DNA from: Gammaproteobacteria bacterium
GTDB taxonomy: Bacteria; Pseudomonadota; Gammaproteobacteria; Pseudomonadales; Pseudohongiellaceae
NCBI GenBank assembly: GCA_030832825.1
Contig: JAURIJ010000009.1
Span: 8,902-72,901 of the forward strand
Reading direction: 5' to 3'
Length of the DNA stretch: 64,000 nucleotides
Shown here in pieces: positions 29,260-38,419 of this stretch (positions within the stretch are counted from its first letter, which is position 1; every line of letters starts with the position of its first letter). The position numbers and the translations under genes are program-made. Below the pieces are notes generated by a model, which saw nothing but the letters and a program-made list of their open reading frames with translations, did no database searches and had not been told where the DNA came from.

Positions 29260-31464
29260 TCATTGAAAGGTCTTGCGCACCGTGAAAACGTATTGTGGAC
29301 CGGTGATGTTGCAGTTGTTTTCATATTCCACCACCGGTGCCGCCAGCACCAGCGAACCACCGAAGCGTTCGCGTGTCCGGCAGCGCTCGCCGTCGGTGAC
29401 ATTGTTGGCATCCAGCCGGAAAGCATAACCGCCGAAGGCGCGTTTCTCGACAAAGAGGTTCAGCGCAGGTGGAAAGCCGACGACGTCGATCTTGTCGATG
29501 TCCACGATCCTGCGATTCCCCTCGATGCCCTTGCGGTAATTCATGCCCAGACTCAGGCCCAGAGCCGGCAGATCCTGACGCACGCCAAGCCGCACATTGC
29601 CACGATCGAAGGGCACGATGCGGCGCTCGAAGCCGCCCATCGGATCGATGATGGTGGAGTCCTGCACCAGCAGCCCGGCGGTGATCAGTGCGGGCGGCAG
29701 GCCAAGCACGCTGTAGCGGATGCTGGCATCCAGGTTCACCCCGTAGATCTCGCCATCCCCAGTATTGCCATTGGCGGAGAGAATCTGCGTGGGCGAGGGC
29801 GAAATATCGATCTTGCCGATGGCGTCCTCGACGTCATAGAAGAACAGATTGGCATTGAGCACGCCGCGATCCTGCGCCAGGCGATATTCCAGATTCGCCG
29901 TATAGCGCCAGGACTTCTCCTGTTCCAGTTCCGGATTGCCGGCCACGATGGCCTGCTGTTCATCTCGATTGTTGGCCGATGCCGCCGCGAAGTCCGCGAA
30001 CGCCAACTGGGAAATGAAACGCTCCACGGTCAGCCGCAGCTGAGTGGACGCATTCATGTCGAAACGGTAATCGACCTTCGGACGCGGAAAGGTGAAGCTG
30101 CGGCGATTTTTCACATCGCCCCATTGCTCGATTTCGGACACTTCCACCAGCAGCGTGCTCTCCAGCGCCATGCGCGGGTTGAGCTGCCAGTTGTGCACGC
30201 CGAAGGCCTCGTAGCGGATCTCCTGCACGGTGGAATTGGCATTCGGCACGACAACGGGCACCAGGTCCCCATGGGCGGGCGAGGTGCTGCCTCCCGCCAC
30301 CGCCATGCCCATGCGCAGCGCTGAATCCAGCCGGGTCAGTGCGCGCTCAACCCCGATCTCCACGCCCTGCGAGGCAGCGAGCTGGAAGTTGTAAGACGTG
30401 CGCAGAATGCGCTCGACGTTGCGCGTCTGGGTCGCCAGAAACAGGTTCTTGCGCGTGGTGCTGTCGGCGGTGGCACCGGCAAAGCGCTCGCGCACGGTGT
30501 CCTGATTCTCCTCATTGAAGATCACCAGTGCACGGTAGCGGCTGCCATTGGGAAACAGGTGCTCATAATCGCCACCGGCCTCCCAGTTGTCCCGCGTGGA
30601 GGGCAGGGTCTCGCGTTCCCAGCGCGACACCGCGGGAGCACGATTCAGATTGATGATCTCCCGCTCGAGGCGGGTGGGCGGATCGGTCTCGCTGTAGAGC
30701 GCGTTGAACGCAAATCGATCATTCAAGCTCAGATCATAGGTGAGATTGCTGTTCAGGCTCAGATTGTTCTGTTCGCGCACCTGGTCCACGAAGATGCGGT
30801 CATTGGGCGAGAAGTCGGCGTTGTAACTGGACTCCCAGCTGTGCAGCGATTCGTAGTTGGCGCGACTCTCGGCGCTGAACAGATAGTTCAGTCCGCCGCG
30901 CTGCCCGCTGTAAACCACACTGCCCTGGGGCTCGATGTGGTCATCGCGGTAGGCAATGGCTCCCGCCTCCAGCGACACTGTGGACGTCGCGAGGGTTTCA
31001 AGCAGGACGATGTTGACGATCTGCCCGGCGCTGCGCACGTCCAGGTCCCCCGAGGTGCCCCGGATGATCTCGATGTGGCGGACCTGGGCCGCCGCGATCC
31101 GGCTCAACTGGGTGCGCGCCTCGTTGTCCTTGCCGGCAAGCCGCTTGCCGTCGATGAGGATCTGCGCGCCGGCCCCCAGGCCGCGATTGTTGGCATTGGT
31201 ATTGTTCGTCGCCCCGCCGCCACTGGGTGTGCCGGCATTCAGAGCGACGGAAATCCCCGGCACGCGATCGATCATGTCGTTCACGTTCACGGGATTGAAC
31301 TGGGCGAAGTAGTCCGCGGGGTATATCACGGTGGAATCGAGTGCAGCGGTGTCCTGGGCGACGCTGCTGTCGGTCAAGCCGAGGATGGCACAGCACACAG
31401 CCATGGCGACAGCGAGACGCTTGAGGCTGAGCACGGGTTCGGTGACAGGCACTGGCATGTTCAT
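29260..31464 (-). CDS. TonB-dependent receptor
   Basis: 734-aa ORF with a signal peptide, a plug region (NVNDMIDRVPGISV, GKRLAGKDNE..IEIIRGTSG) and a long beta-barrel with alternating pattern. Confidence 0.9.
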   Translation of the reverse strand: MNMPVPVTEPVLSLKRLAVAMAVCCAILGLTDSSVAQDTAALDSTVIYPADYFAQFNPVNVNDMIDRVPGISVALNAGTPSGGGATNNTNANNRGLGAGAQILIDGKRLAGKDNEARTQLSRIAAAQVRHIEIIRGTSGDLDVRSAGQIVNIVLLETLATSTVSLEAGAIAYRDDHIEPQGSVVYSGQRGGLNYLFSAESRANYESLHSWESSYNADFSPNDRIFVDQVREQNNLSLNSNLTYDLSLNDRFAFNALYSETDPPTRLEREIINLNRAPAVSRWERETLPSTRDNWEAGGDYEHLFPNGSRYRALVIFNEENQDTVRERFAGATADSTTRKNLFLATQTRNVERILRTSYNFQLAASQGVEIGVERALTRLDSALRMGMAVAGGSTSPAHGDLVPVVVPNANSTVQEIRYEAFGVHNWQLNPRMALESTLLVEVSEIEQWGDVKNRRSFTFPRPKVDYRFDMNASTQLRLTVERFISQLAFADFAAASANNRDEQQAIVAGNPELEQEKSWRYTANLEYRLAQDRGVLNANLFFYDVEDAIGKIDISPSPTQILSANGNTGDGEIYGVNLDASIRYSVLGLPPALITAGLLVQDSTIIDPMGGFERRIVPFDRGNVRLGVRQDLPALGLSLGMNYRKGIEGNRRIVDIDKIDVVGFPPALNLFVEKRAFGGYAFRLDANNVTDGERCRTRERFGGSLVLAAPVVEYENNCNITGPQYVFTVRKTFQ

Positions 31465-31486
31465 CCACTTCGTAGCAGAGGAGGTT

Positions 31487-31541
31487 CCGCCCTCAGGCGG
31501 ACCCCCGTGTTCGGAGCAACACGGGGGCAGCCTGAGGGCGG
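31487..31541 (-). other. GC-rich nested hairpin between the two receptor genes (possible attenuator or RNA-stability element)
   Basis: CCGCCCTCAGGC (31487..31498) pairs with GCCTGAGGGCGG (31530..31541). The inner arm CCCCCGTGTT (31502..31511) pairs with AACACGGGGG (31518..31527). No U-tract follows on either strand. Confidence 0.6.
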
Positions 31542-31568
31542 AGGGAGGTACTCCTTGGGGTCGGGATA

Positions 31569-34424
31569 TCAGAAATCGACGTCCAGACCGAGAGTGAACA
31601 TACGACCGTAGGGATCATAGAGACGTGTTGCCAGACCACCCTGGATCGGCAGACGCGTCGGTTCCCAGTCAAACAGGTTACGCACTGCCAGACTGATGTT
31701 GGCGGACTCGCCGAAACCGAACAGGCTGTCCATCGTGTAGCCATAGTTCAGGTTGGCGCGGTAGCCCCCTTTCACGTTCATCTTACGCAGCCCGCCAGTG
31801 GTTGCCGGTGGGTTGGCCAGTGTCACAGGCGCCAGCAGACCGAAGTTCACGTCGTCGTTGTAGCGAACAGACATGCGCACGGAATGCGCCCCACCCATCC
31901 AGCTCAGGGTGTAGTTCACCTTGGTCTTGGGCAGGGGTGGTGCCTTGCCGGTGTCACCGTTCATGAAGCCCACCATCTCACGCGTTGCACCGCTGAACTC
32001 GGTCAGCATGTAGGTGGTGTAGTGAGTGGCATCAATGGCAACGTTGAAGTCACCCAGGTTGTCCAGCGAGAACCTGTAGGTGGCCTGCAGATCCACTGTC
32101 TTGACGTCCATCTGGTCGACGTTCTGCGGTTGACGCAGGATGCGCTGAGCGCGCAGGGTCACTGGATCACGCACGATGGCCGGGTTCGGGTTGGCATTCA
32201 CGTAGGCACGTGCCGCTTCCCAGGTGGCGGAACCGGGCACTCGACTGAAGGACTCCGGGGTGGCTCCGATCGCTGACAGCACATTGATGAAGTCCTGTGT
32301 GCCGATATCCTGGTTGGTCAGCGTGAAGATACGGCCGGTGTACTTGATCTCCTGGTAGTCGATACCAATGGACAGACCATCGAGCGGCTCCCAGGTGAAG
32401 CCGATGTTCTGCAGCGTGGAACGCTCAACGTCCAGCAGCGGGTTGGTGGTGGTGCAGCCATCCACGCCGATGAAGGACACGCCAGTCAGCTGATCCGTGC
32501 CGTCGCGGGCGCTGGAGCATGCACTCAGGTTGATCGCTCCGACCTGGCTTGCCAGCGGCGCGAGGAAGCCTTCACCCCATGACGCACGCACTGCAAGCGT
32601 CGGCAGCGCTTCCCAGCGCAAGGCCACCTTGGGCGTGGTGGTGCGCAGCTTCAGGTCGTCGAACTTCTCGTAGCGGGCAGCAGCCTGCAGCGAGAGCGTG
32701 TCGAGGATCGGCACTTCGAACTCCAGGAAGGCCGCACGCACGGTGGACTCGGAGGCGGACTGTCGCTGAATGGCGGCAGGCGCGTTGAAGTCCTCGCCGA
32801 TGGTGCGCGCCTTGACGGGGTTGTCGATGACCTTGTCGTCACGGATGTGACCACCGAAGGCCACCTGCACGGCACCTGCCGGCAATTCGAACAGCGGGCC
32901 GGTCACGACGGTATCGAACACGCGGTAACGACGCAGGTCTTCGGTGGTTTTCTGAATCGACAGCCAATCGACCAGCGCCTGGCTGTTCTCAGTGACACCC
33001 TTGCGGAAGAACGGGGAACGCGGATCAGACGACATGAACGGGTTGAACCACTCGTTGCCGTTGGGACCGCCTCGACCCTGGAAGCCGGCAAGAATGCGGC
33101 TGGCCTGCTCTTCGTAGGTGGTGTAGCGGTCACGACGCAGCTGATGGCTGATGGACGTCGAACCAGACCAGTCGTTGCCCAGCTCATAACGAGCGGAGAG
33201 GGTGTGTCGGTCAGTCAGATACACCGTGTCATCCCACTGCGAGCCTGCCTTCAGGTAGCTGGGCTGTGGCGCCTGTGAGCGCCCGTTGAAGGTACGGAAG
33301 GCGATCGGGTAGACCGCCTGGCCGAAGGGGTTCGCCGGGTGGGCGGCCGGAATCACCATGGACGGGCCGCGGGTGGTGTTCATCGGCGACGCGGCTTCTG
33401 TCGGGAACACGGACAGGTTGTGATCGAACACGGCCTGATATTCCAGTTCCAGCCAGTCGGTGGTCTGGTGCGTGACATTCACATAGCCCGTGAACTGCTC
33501 GTTCGGGCGGTTGTACTCGATCCACTGACCGAAGAAGATCGCGCAGCGCTGGCCATTGGCGAGACGGATGCCGCTGGGGAAACTGTCAAACTGTCCCTTG
33601 TCGTTCTGATCGTTGCCGAAAGTGCCACAGGATGGGTCCACCAGGGGCGTTGCGCTGGTCAGGCCACGGAAGGTGCCGGGCGGACCATCGGTGAAGATGT
33701 CGTTGTCAGCGCGCAGATACTTCGGGCGCTCGTACCGCATCATCGGGGTTTCCTTCTTTGCCTGCAGGGCGGCAACGATGTTGAAACCGTTGATCTCCGT
33801 ACCGTAGAGCAAGCCAAGGGAGTATTCCTCCATGGTCCCGTCCTGATCGCGACCATAGGTGCTGCGCGCACGCATGCCGTCGAACTCCTTGATCGGGATC
33901 AGGTTGACCACGCCTGCAACCGCGTCGGAACCGTAGAGAGCGGAACCACCGTCCAGAACGATTTCCATGCGGCTCAGGGCGATATCCGGCACGATGGAGC
34001 CCACTTCCTCGTTGTTGACGACACGCTTGCCGTCAAACAGGGTCAGCGTGCTGCTGCTGCCCAGACCGCGCAGGTTGAAGCCCGAGGTATTGCCGTCCTG
34101 GCCGCCGCCCGGACCGCCGAGAATGTTGCCCACCGCATCGATGTTGTCGGTGTACACAAGGTCGCGCATGAACTGGGAGGTGCTCACAGAGCCCGTGGAG
34201 AGCATGGCTTCCTGGTCGATGGTGTCGACCGGCGAGGCACCGGCAAAGGCGCTGTTGCGGATATAGGTCCCCGTGACCACCACTTCTTCCACTTCAGGCT
34301 CATCGGTGGCAGCGGCGGCTTGCGCGAAGCTGACTCCTGGCAATGCGGTGGCGATGGCAATCGAGGTGTAGAGAATGGAATGTTTCAGGTGCATCAGGCT
34401 GTTGCGGTGAAAGTGATCACTCAT
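31569..34424 (-). CDS. TonB-dependent receptor (large)
   Basis: 951-aa ORF with a signal peptide, EEVVVTGTYIRNS plug start, NLRGLGSSSTLTLFDGKR, and a terminal ...FTLGLDVDF aromatic residue. Confidence 0.92.
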   Translation of the reverse strand: MSDHFHRNSLMHLKHSILYTSIAIATALPGVSFAQAAAATDEPEVEEVVVTGTYIRNSAFAGASPVDTIDQEAMLSTGSVSTSQFMRDLVYTDNIDAVGNILGGPGGGQDGNTSGFNLRGLGSSSTLTLFDGKRVVNNEEVGSIVPDIALSRMEIVLDGGSALYGSDAVAGVVNLIPIKEFDGMRARSTYGRDQDGTMEEYSLGLLYGTEINGFNIVAALQAKKETPMMRYERPKYLRADNDIFTDGPPGTFRGLTSATPLVDPSCGTFGNDQNDKGQFDSFPSGIRLANGQRCAIFFGQWIEYNRPNEQFTGYVNVTHQTTDWLELEYQAVFDHNLSVFPTEAASPMNTTRGPSMVIPAAHPANPFGQAVYPIAFRTFNGRSQAPQPSYLKAGSQWDDTVYLTDRHTLSARYELGNDWSGSTSISHQLRRDRYTTYEEQASRILAGFQGRGGPNGNEWFNPFMSSDPRSPFFRKGVTENSQALVDWLSIQKTTEDLRRYRVFDTVVTGPLFELPAGAVQVAFGGHIRDDKVIDNPVKARTIGEDFNAPAAIQRQSASESTVRAAFLEFEVPILDTLSLQAAARYEKFDDLKLRTTTPKVALRWEALPTLAVRASWGEGFLAPLASQVGAINLSACSSARDGTDQLTGVSFIGVDGCTTTNPLLDVERSTLQNIGFTWEPLDGLSIGIDYQEIKYTGRIFTLTNQDIGTQDFINVLSAIGATPESFSRVPGSATWEAARAYVNANPNPAIVRDPVTLRAQRILRQPQNVDQMDVKTVDLQATYRFSLDNLGDFNVAIDATHYTTYMLTEFSGATREMVGFMNGDTGKAPPLPKTKVNYTLSWMGGAHSVRMSVRYNDDVNFGLLAPVTLANPPATTGGLRKMNVKGGYRANLNYGYTMDSLFGFGESANISLAVRNLFDWEPTRLPIQGGLATRLYDPYGRMFTLGLDVDF

Positions 34425-34571
34425 TGTGAATCTCCGTCGTTTAGTAGCACTACATCTTGTTGTTGTTCCGTCGCGTTACCGGTGCCATCGCCTTCGCGAT
34501 GAGTCACGCAACCCATTGTCATCCGTGAGCCGGTCGAGCACCCCGATCCACGCATTGCAATTTCGTCCTGC

Positions 34572-35540
34572 TCAGGGCGCCACGTTGACCGTGACGTACT
34601 GATCGTGAAACAGCCCGCCATCGTCGGCGCGCGCCCACAGCACATAAGTGCCGGGCTTGTCGAAGGTAACGTTCACGGAATACATGCCGTCCTCGGGGAT
34701 CGGCGGCGGCACCCAGAGGGCGCCCCAGGGCGAATTCGCGGAAGTGCGGGTGTCCTCCCAGGGCTTGACCTGGGGCGGATCGAAGGTGGCATTGCCCTCG
34801 CCGCGGTAAATGTTCCAGGACAGGAAGAGGCCGTTTGTCTTGCCGACGGTGACCCGTGTGGGCGGACGCATCATGCGCTGCAGCGGTGTTCCGCCAGCCG
34901 GAAATCCGCCCACGCCAGCCGCACGCGGCTTGGGCAGACCGTCATCGGCCACATGGGCCTGGAGTGTCAAGGGCTGGCCCACACGGACGCTGCGCACGAT
35001 CTCGTCACCGACACGGTCGCCCTGCACGGTGACGAGCGGCGGCTGATTGGAACGCGACTCGGGGCTGCTGGTACCGGCACCCAGTGAGCCGGTTTCGGAC
35101 GCAATCACCACGTTGTCGATCACGTAGTCGCGCGCCAGGGTGGCATAGGCCACCTTGGTCACGCCGTTGACGGTCAGCGTCCAGGAAAGTTCCTTGTCAC
35201 CCCAGTCGGCCGGGACAGGGACTTCGAAGGTGAAACGGTTGCGCCGCGGAAGGAAATGCGTGGGCTGGCCACGGTCCTCCAATCCGGGAGAGAAGAAATT
35301 GTTTTCGCCTACCGGGACTTTCAGTTCCTCTTCCCAGTTCTCGTTCTGATAACCAAAGATGAATACATAGGTGCCATCGGCATTCTGGCGCCAGCCTTCG
35401 TACGCTGGTTCAAGGAACTGTCCCTTGCGGTAGGCGGGCTCGGCGAGTGCCGCGTTCATGAGGCAGACGCTGACGAGGGTGGCCGCAAGCCATGAGACGG
35501 TGCCGGCACTGCACAGCCGGCTGATACGGACGGACATCAA
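34572..35540 (-). CDS. Secreted protein of unknown function, first gene of the receptor locus
   Basis: 322-aa ORF with a signal peptide (..LMNAALAEP) and beta-rich sequence, with no catalytic motif I recognise. Same direction as the two receptor genes, 147 nt upstream of the first. Confidence 0.75.
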   Translation of the reverse strand: MMSVRISRLCSAGTVSWLAATLVSVCLMNAALAEPAYRKGQFLEPAYEGWRQNADGTYVFIFGYQNENWEEELKVPVGENNFFSPGLEDRGQPTHFLPRRNRFTFEVPVPADWGDKELSWTLTVNGVTKVAYATLARDYVIDNVVIASETGSLGAGTSSPESRSNQPPLVTVQGDRVGDEIVRSVRVGQPLTLQAHVADDGLPKPRAAGVGGFPAGGTPLQRMMRPPTRVTVGKTNGLFLSWNIYRGEGNATFDPPQVKPWEDTRTSANSPWGALWVPPPIPEDGMYSVNVTFDKPGTYVLWARADDGGLFHDQYVTVNVAP

Positions 35541-36041
35541 TGAACTCCCTGAGACGCCGCAACGACGTCATGGTTGGTGGACGAACGGGGAACTCGTAGG
35601 AAAGACCGTGTTGAAGAGAATTGCGGCGTGATCGCGACCGGCAGACCGGCTGCCGTCACGAATCCGCCAGCCCGGCGAATAGCGGCATGAATCAAGAGTT
35701 TCGAAACCTGCATGGGGCGCTTCCTTTTATTTTTATTAGAGCACGCTGGCCAGCACTGTCGCTGCCAGAAATTGCCGGGCGGCCTCGAACGGGCGCTCAC
35801 ATACGACTGCATGACACCATGGGCGCCTTCAAGCGTCTCCCGCATATCGAAATAGTTCTGGCGTAATCCGGAAAAACCCGATTTTTTGGAATTCGTCAGG
35901 CAGAACTATAGTGAACCTGCTGACGCATTCCTGGGGATTTGCCAGATACTGGAATGTCTCCGACATTCCGCTTTACAAGGATCATCCGGGTCATGCTATA
36001 AAAACCGCCGTTCATGCACCGCCATCTCGAGGACCTGGCCC

Positions 36042-36554
36042 ATGTCATTGCTGCACTTGAAGAAAGTCTCACTATCCGGCACTCGCCGCGCGGTCTCGAG
36101 CCTGTGCGCCCTGCTGCTCGTGCTGCTGAGCCCGCTGGCCAGCGCCCAGCATGTCATGACGATCAACTCCAACAGCGACGTGGTCACGGAAACCGCACCC
36201 GTAGACAACGCGGTCCTGGCCGAAGCGCCGGCTGACCTGATGATGCGCTTCAGCACTTATGTGCGCCTGGTGAAACTGGTGCTCAAAGCACCGGGAAACA
36301 CGCCAGTGGATATCGGCTTTCGCTACAACCCGGATGCCAGCCGGGTCTTCTTCTGGGACCTGCCACCACTGCCGGCAGCGGACTACTACACCGTGGAATG
36401 GGCCGCCATCGACCCGGTGAATTTCGTGGCGCGGGGAAGCTTCAGTTTTTCCTTCGGCCCGGATGCAAGTCCGCCCTCTGAACTGATCCCACAGGACGAG
36501 GAGCTGGCCCCCGTCATCGTGCCGGACTTCCGCCTGATCGATCAGGGGTTCTGA
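36042..36554 (+). CDS. CopC-domain-like periplasmic protein
   Basis: Start at ATG 36042 (MSLLHLKK...LASAQH signal peptide). The pattern ..APADLMMRFS...VKLVL....DYYTVEWAAID....RGSFSFSF follows the CopC beta-sandwich signature (G.Y.V.W......G.F.F.V), but the usual His ligands are not evident. Confidence 0.65.
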   Translation: MSLLHLKKVSLSGTRRAVSSLCALLLVLLSPLASAQHVMTINSNSDVVTETAPVDNAVLAEAPADLMMRFSTYVRLVKLVLKAPGNTPVDIGFRYNPDASRVFFWDLPPLPAADYYTVEWAAIDPVNFVARGSFSFSFGPDASPPSELIPQDEELAPVIVPDFRLIDQGF

Positions 36555-36925
36555 GCAGCACGTCTCGCGGCTGCGCGCCCTGGCGCACGTCGCAGCGTGA
36601 CCATGATGGCGCCGGTATTGCCCTCGTCATGGTCGAAGTCCAGTATCTCGCCACTCATCGCCAGCCAGCTCAGCTGGCGCATGACTTCGTCGCGAATCAC
36701 CCCTCGCCCGACAGCAAGACGCACCCCGACGGCATGACTCCGTCGGCAATCCTGCAACGCGTGCTCCAGCTTTGCCATGGCCTGAGCCACCGTTTCATGC
36801 TGATGCGCGATGTCCCGATGCAGCACGGAGCCATCCGTCTGCTCGTCCAGCAGCGCGTCGCATTTTGGGCAAGTCAGAACCCCTGCAGTCACCCGCATGC
36901 CACAGCCAAGGCACTCCGCTGCCAT
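36542..36925 (-). CDS. Zinc-ribbon + Smr-like domain protein
   Basis: 127-aa ORF with N-terminal CLGCG...CPKCD ribbon, then DIAHQHETVAQAMAKLEHAL.......VRLAVGRGVIRDEVMRQL, resembling the Smr DLHG...A......iihGkG layout. Family call is tentative. Confidence 0.5.
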   Translation of the reverse strand: MAAECLGCGMRVTAGVLTCPKCDALLDEQTDGSVLHRDIAHQHETVAQAMAKLEHALQDCRRSHAVGVRLAVGRGVIRDEVMRQLSWLAMSGEILDFDHDEGNTGAIMVTLRRAPGRAAARRAAQNP

Positions 36926-37194
36926 TCCACAGCCCTCCTTCTATGCGGCAGACCGCCGCGACACCACACCATCAAAAACAGAAAAAACCAAAGGAATTCA
37001 TACCGTTAAAGCAAGGAAAAGCTGGCTAAAATTTTACCAGACTGCCTATTGCTTTATCGAATTTTAACTCCATAATTCGCAACGTGACGCGCCGGGCGGA
37101 ATGTCTTGACAACGTTGCAAAAATGTTTCGCCCAATGCACGTACTTCGCGGGCAATTCGATCGATACACACTGATTGAGCGAGAGATTAATCAC

Positions 37195-37470
37195 ATGAAA
37201 AGTCATCAATGGGATGATATCGCTGATACCTCCAAGGACTTTTTTGATTCGGCTGCCTTTATTCCAGAGACTGAGATTGATGAGGCGAACGACAAGCGCG
37301 TGCACAAGCGCCGTCTGACCGAGCTTCGTCGCCGCACGGAAGAACGCTTGGACTGGAAGCGCATGTATGGCGACCTGCAGTTCGAGGAAGATGGCAACGA
37401 TCAGAGCTTCAAGGACAGTTACGAAGTCGACGATTACGACGACTACGACGACAATCTCGACGACCACTGA
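37195..37470 (+). CDS. Small highly acidic protein (C-terminal DDYDDYDDNLDDH tail)
   Basis: 91 aa from ATG 37195. A central basic helix (KRVHKRRLTELRRRTEERLDWKR) is flanked by D/E-rich segments. It may belong to the small PA3496-like family, but I cannot confirm this. Confidence 0.55.
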   Translation: MKSHQWDDIADTSKDFFDSAAFIPETEIDEANDKRVHKRRLTELRRRTEERLDWKRMYGDLQFEEDGNDQSFKDSYEVDDYDDYDDNLDDH

Positions 37471-37491
37471 GCAGCCTCAGCGCCCTTCCTG

Positions 37492-37516
37492 CAGCCTCTG
37501 CCATCTGCAGAGGCTG
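37492..37516 (+). other. 10-bp hairpin downstream of the acidic-protein gene
   Basis: CAGCCTCTGC-catct-GCAGAGGCTG, 22 nt after the stop. No T-tract follows, so it is not a canonical intrinsic terminator. Confidence 0.5.
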
Positions 37517-37660
37517 GCCCCCGTGCCCTCCGCGTTCTGGCCCGGGGCGGCCTGAAAAAGGACTCCGCACTTCTATTCACCTTCCCAGACAACTAGTGTA
37601 CTGTTCCGGTCAACGTGTTCCCACACGGCAGTTACCCACCATCAGATCGGTTAATGAATC

Positions 37661-38419
37661 ATGACGTATTGTGTGGCAATCGCAGTAGATGCAGGCATGG
37701 TCTTTTGCTCTGATTCCCGCACCAATGCGGGCATCGACCAGGTCAGCACCTATGGCAAGATGTACAGATTCGGAGTCGAGGGCCAGCGTCAGTTCGTCAT
37801 CCTGACGGCTGGCAACCTCGCCACCACCCAGGCCACCATCGCCCAGGTCAAGCGCGACATCAAGGAGCGCGCCAACGTCAGCCTGCTCACGGTGGAAACC
37901 ATCAGCGACGCGGCCGACTATCTTGGCGATGTCAGCCTGGCTCAGCAGGAAAAGCACGCCAAGCTGGGCAACACCTTCGAAGCCAGCTTCATCATTGGCG
38001 GCCAGATTGCCAACAGCAAGCACCGCATCATGCTGGTCTACCCGCAGGGCAATCACATCACCAGCTCCAAGGACACGCCCTATCTGCAGATCGGCGAGAG
38101 CAAGTACGGCAAGCCGATTCTCGACCGTATCCTGACGCCCGACCTGAACCTGGACACCTGCGCCCTGTGCGCGCTAGTCTCCATGGACTCCACCATGCGC
38201 AGCAATCTGAGCGTTGGGCCGCCCATCGAGACGCTGGTCTACCGCACGGATACCCTGACACTCAACGAGCCGCTGCGCTTCGACGAGAACAGCGAATTCC
38301 TGCGCGAACTCAAGCGCAGCTGGGATCAGCGATTGAAGGATGCCTTCAGACAGATGCCTCCATTTGCGTGGGCATCGAGCTGGGATAAATCCGCTGATGA
38401 ACGTAGCGGAGTTTCCTGA
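37661..38419 (+). CDS. Anbu (ancestral beta subunit) proteasome-type Ntn peptidase
   Basis: 252-aa ORF starting MTYCVAIAVDAGMVFCSDSRTNAG, so Thr2 becomes the N-terminal nucleophile with no propeptide. It has the proteasome beta-fold pattern and lies beside ATP-grasp/alpha-E/transglutaminase genes. Confidence 0.9.
   Translation: MTYCVAIAVDAGMVFCSDSRTNAGIDQVSTYGKMYRFGVEGQRQFVILTAGNLATTQATIAQVKRDIKERANVSLLTVETISDAADYLGDVSLAQQEKHAKLGNTFEASFIIGGQIANSKHRIMLVYPQGNHITSSKDTPYLQIGESKYGKPILDRILTPDLNLDTCALCALVSMDSTMRSNLSVGPPIETLVYRTDTLTLNEPLRFDENSEFLRELKRSWDQRLKDAFRQMPPFAWASSWDKSADERSGVS

Noticed and set aside
35888-35931. Imperfect hairpin (GGAATTCGTCAG ... CTGACGCATTCC, 11/12 bp, 20-nt loop) in the 500-bp leader between the receptor locus and the CopC-like gene, as a riboswitch or sRNA.
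   Set aside because: It is a single stem with a large loop, no terminator and no motif I recognise. The evidence is insufficient without covariance-model searches.
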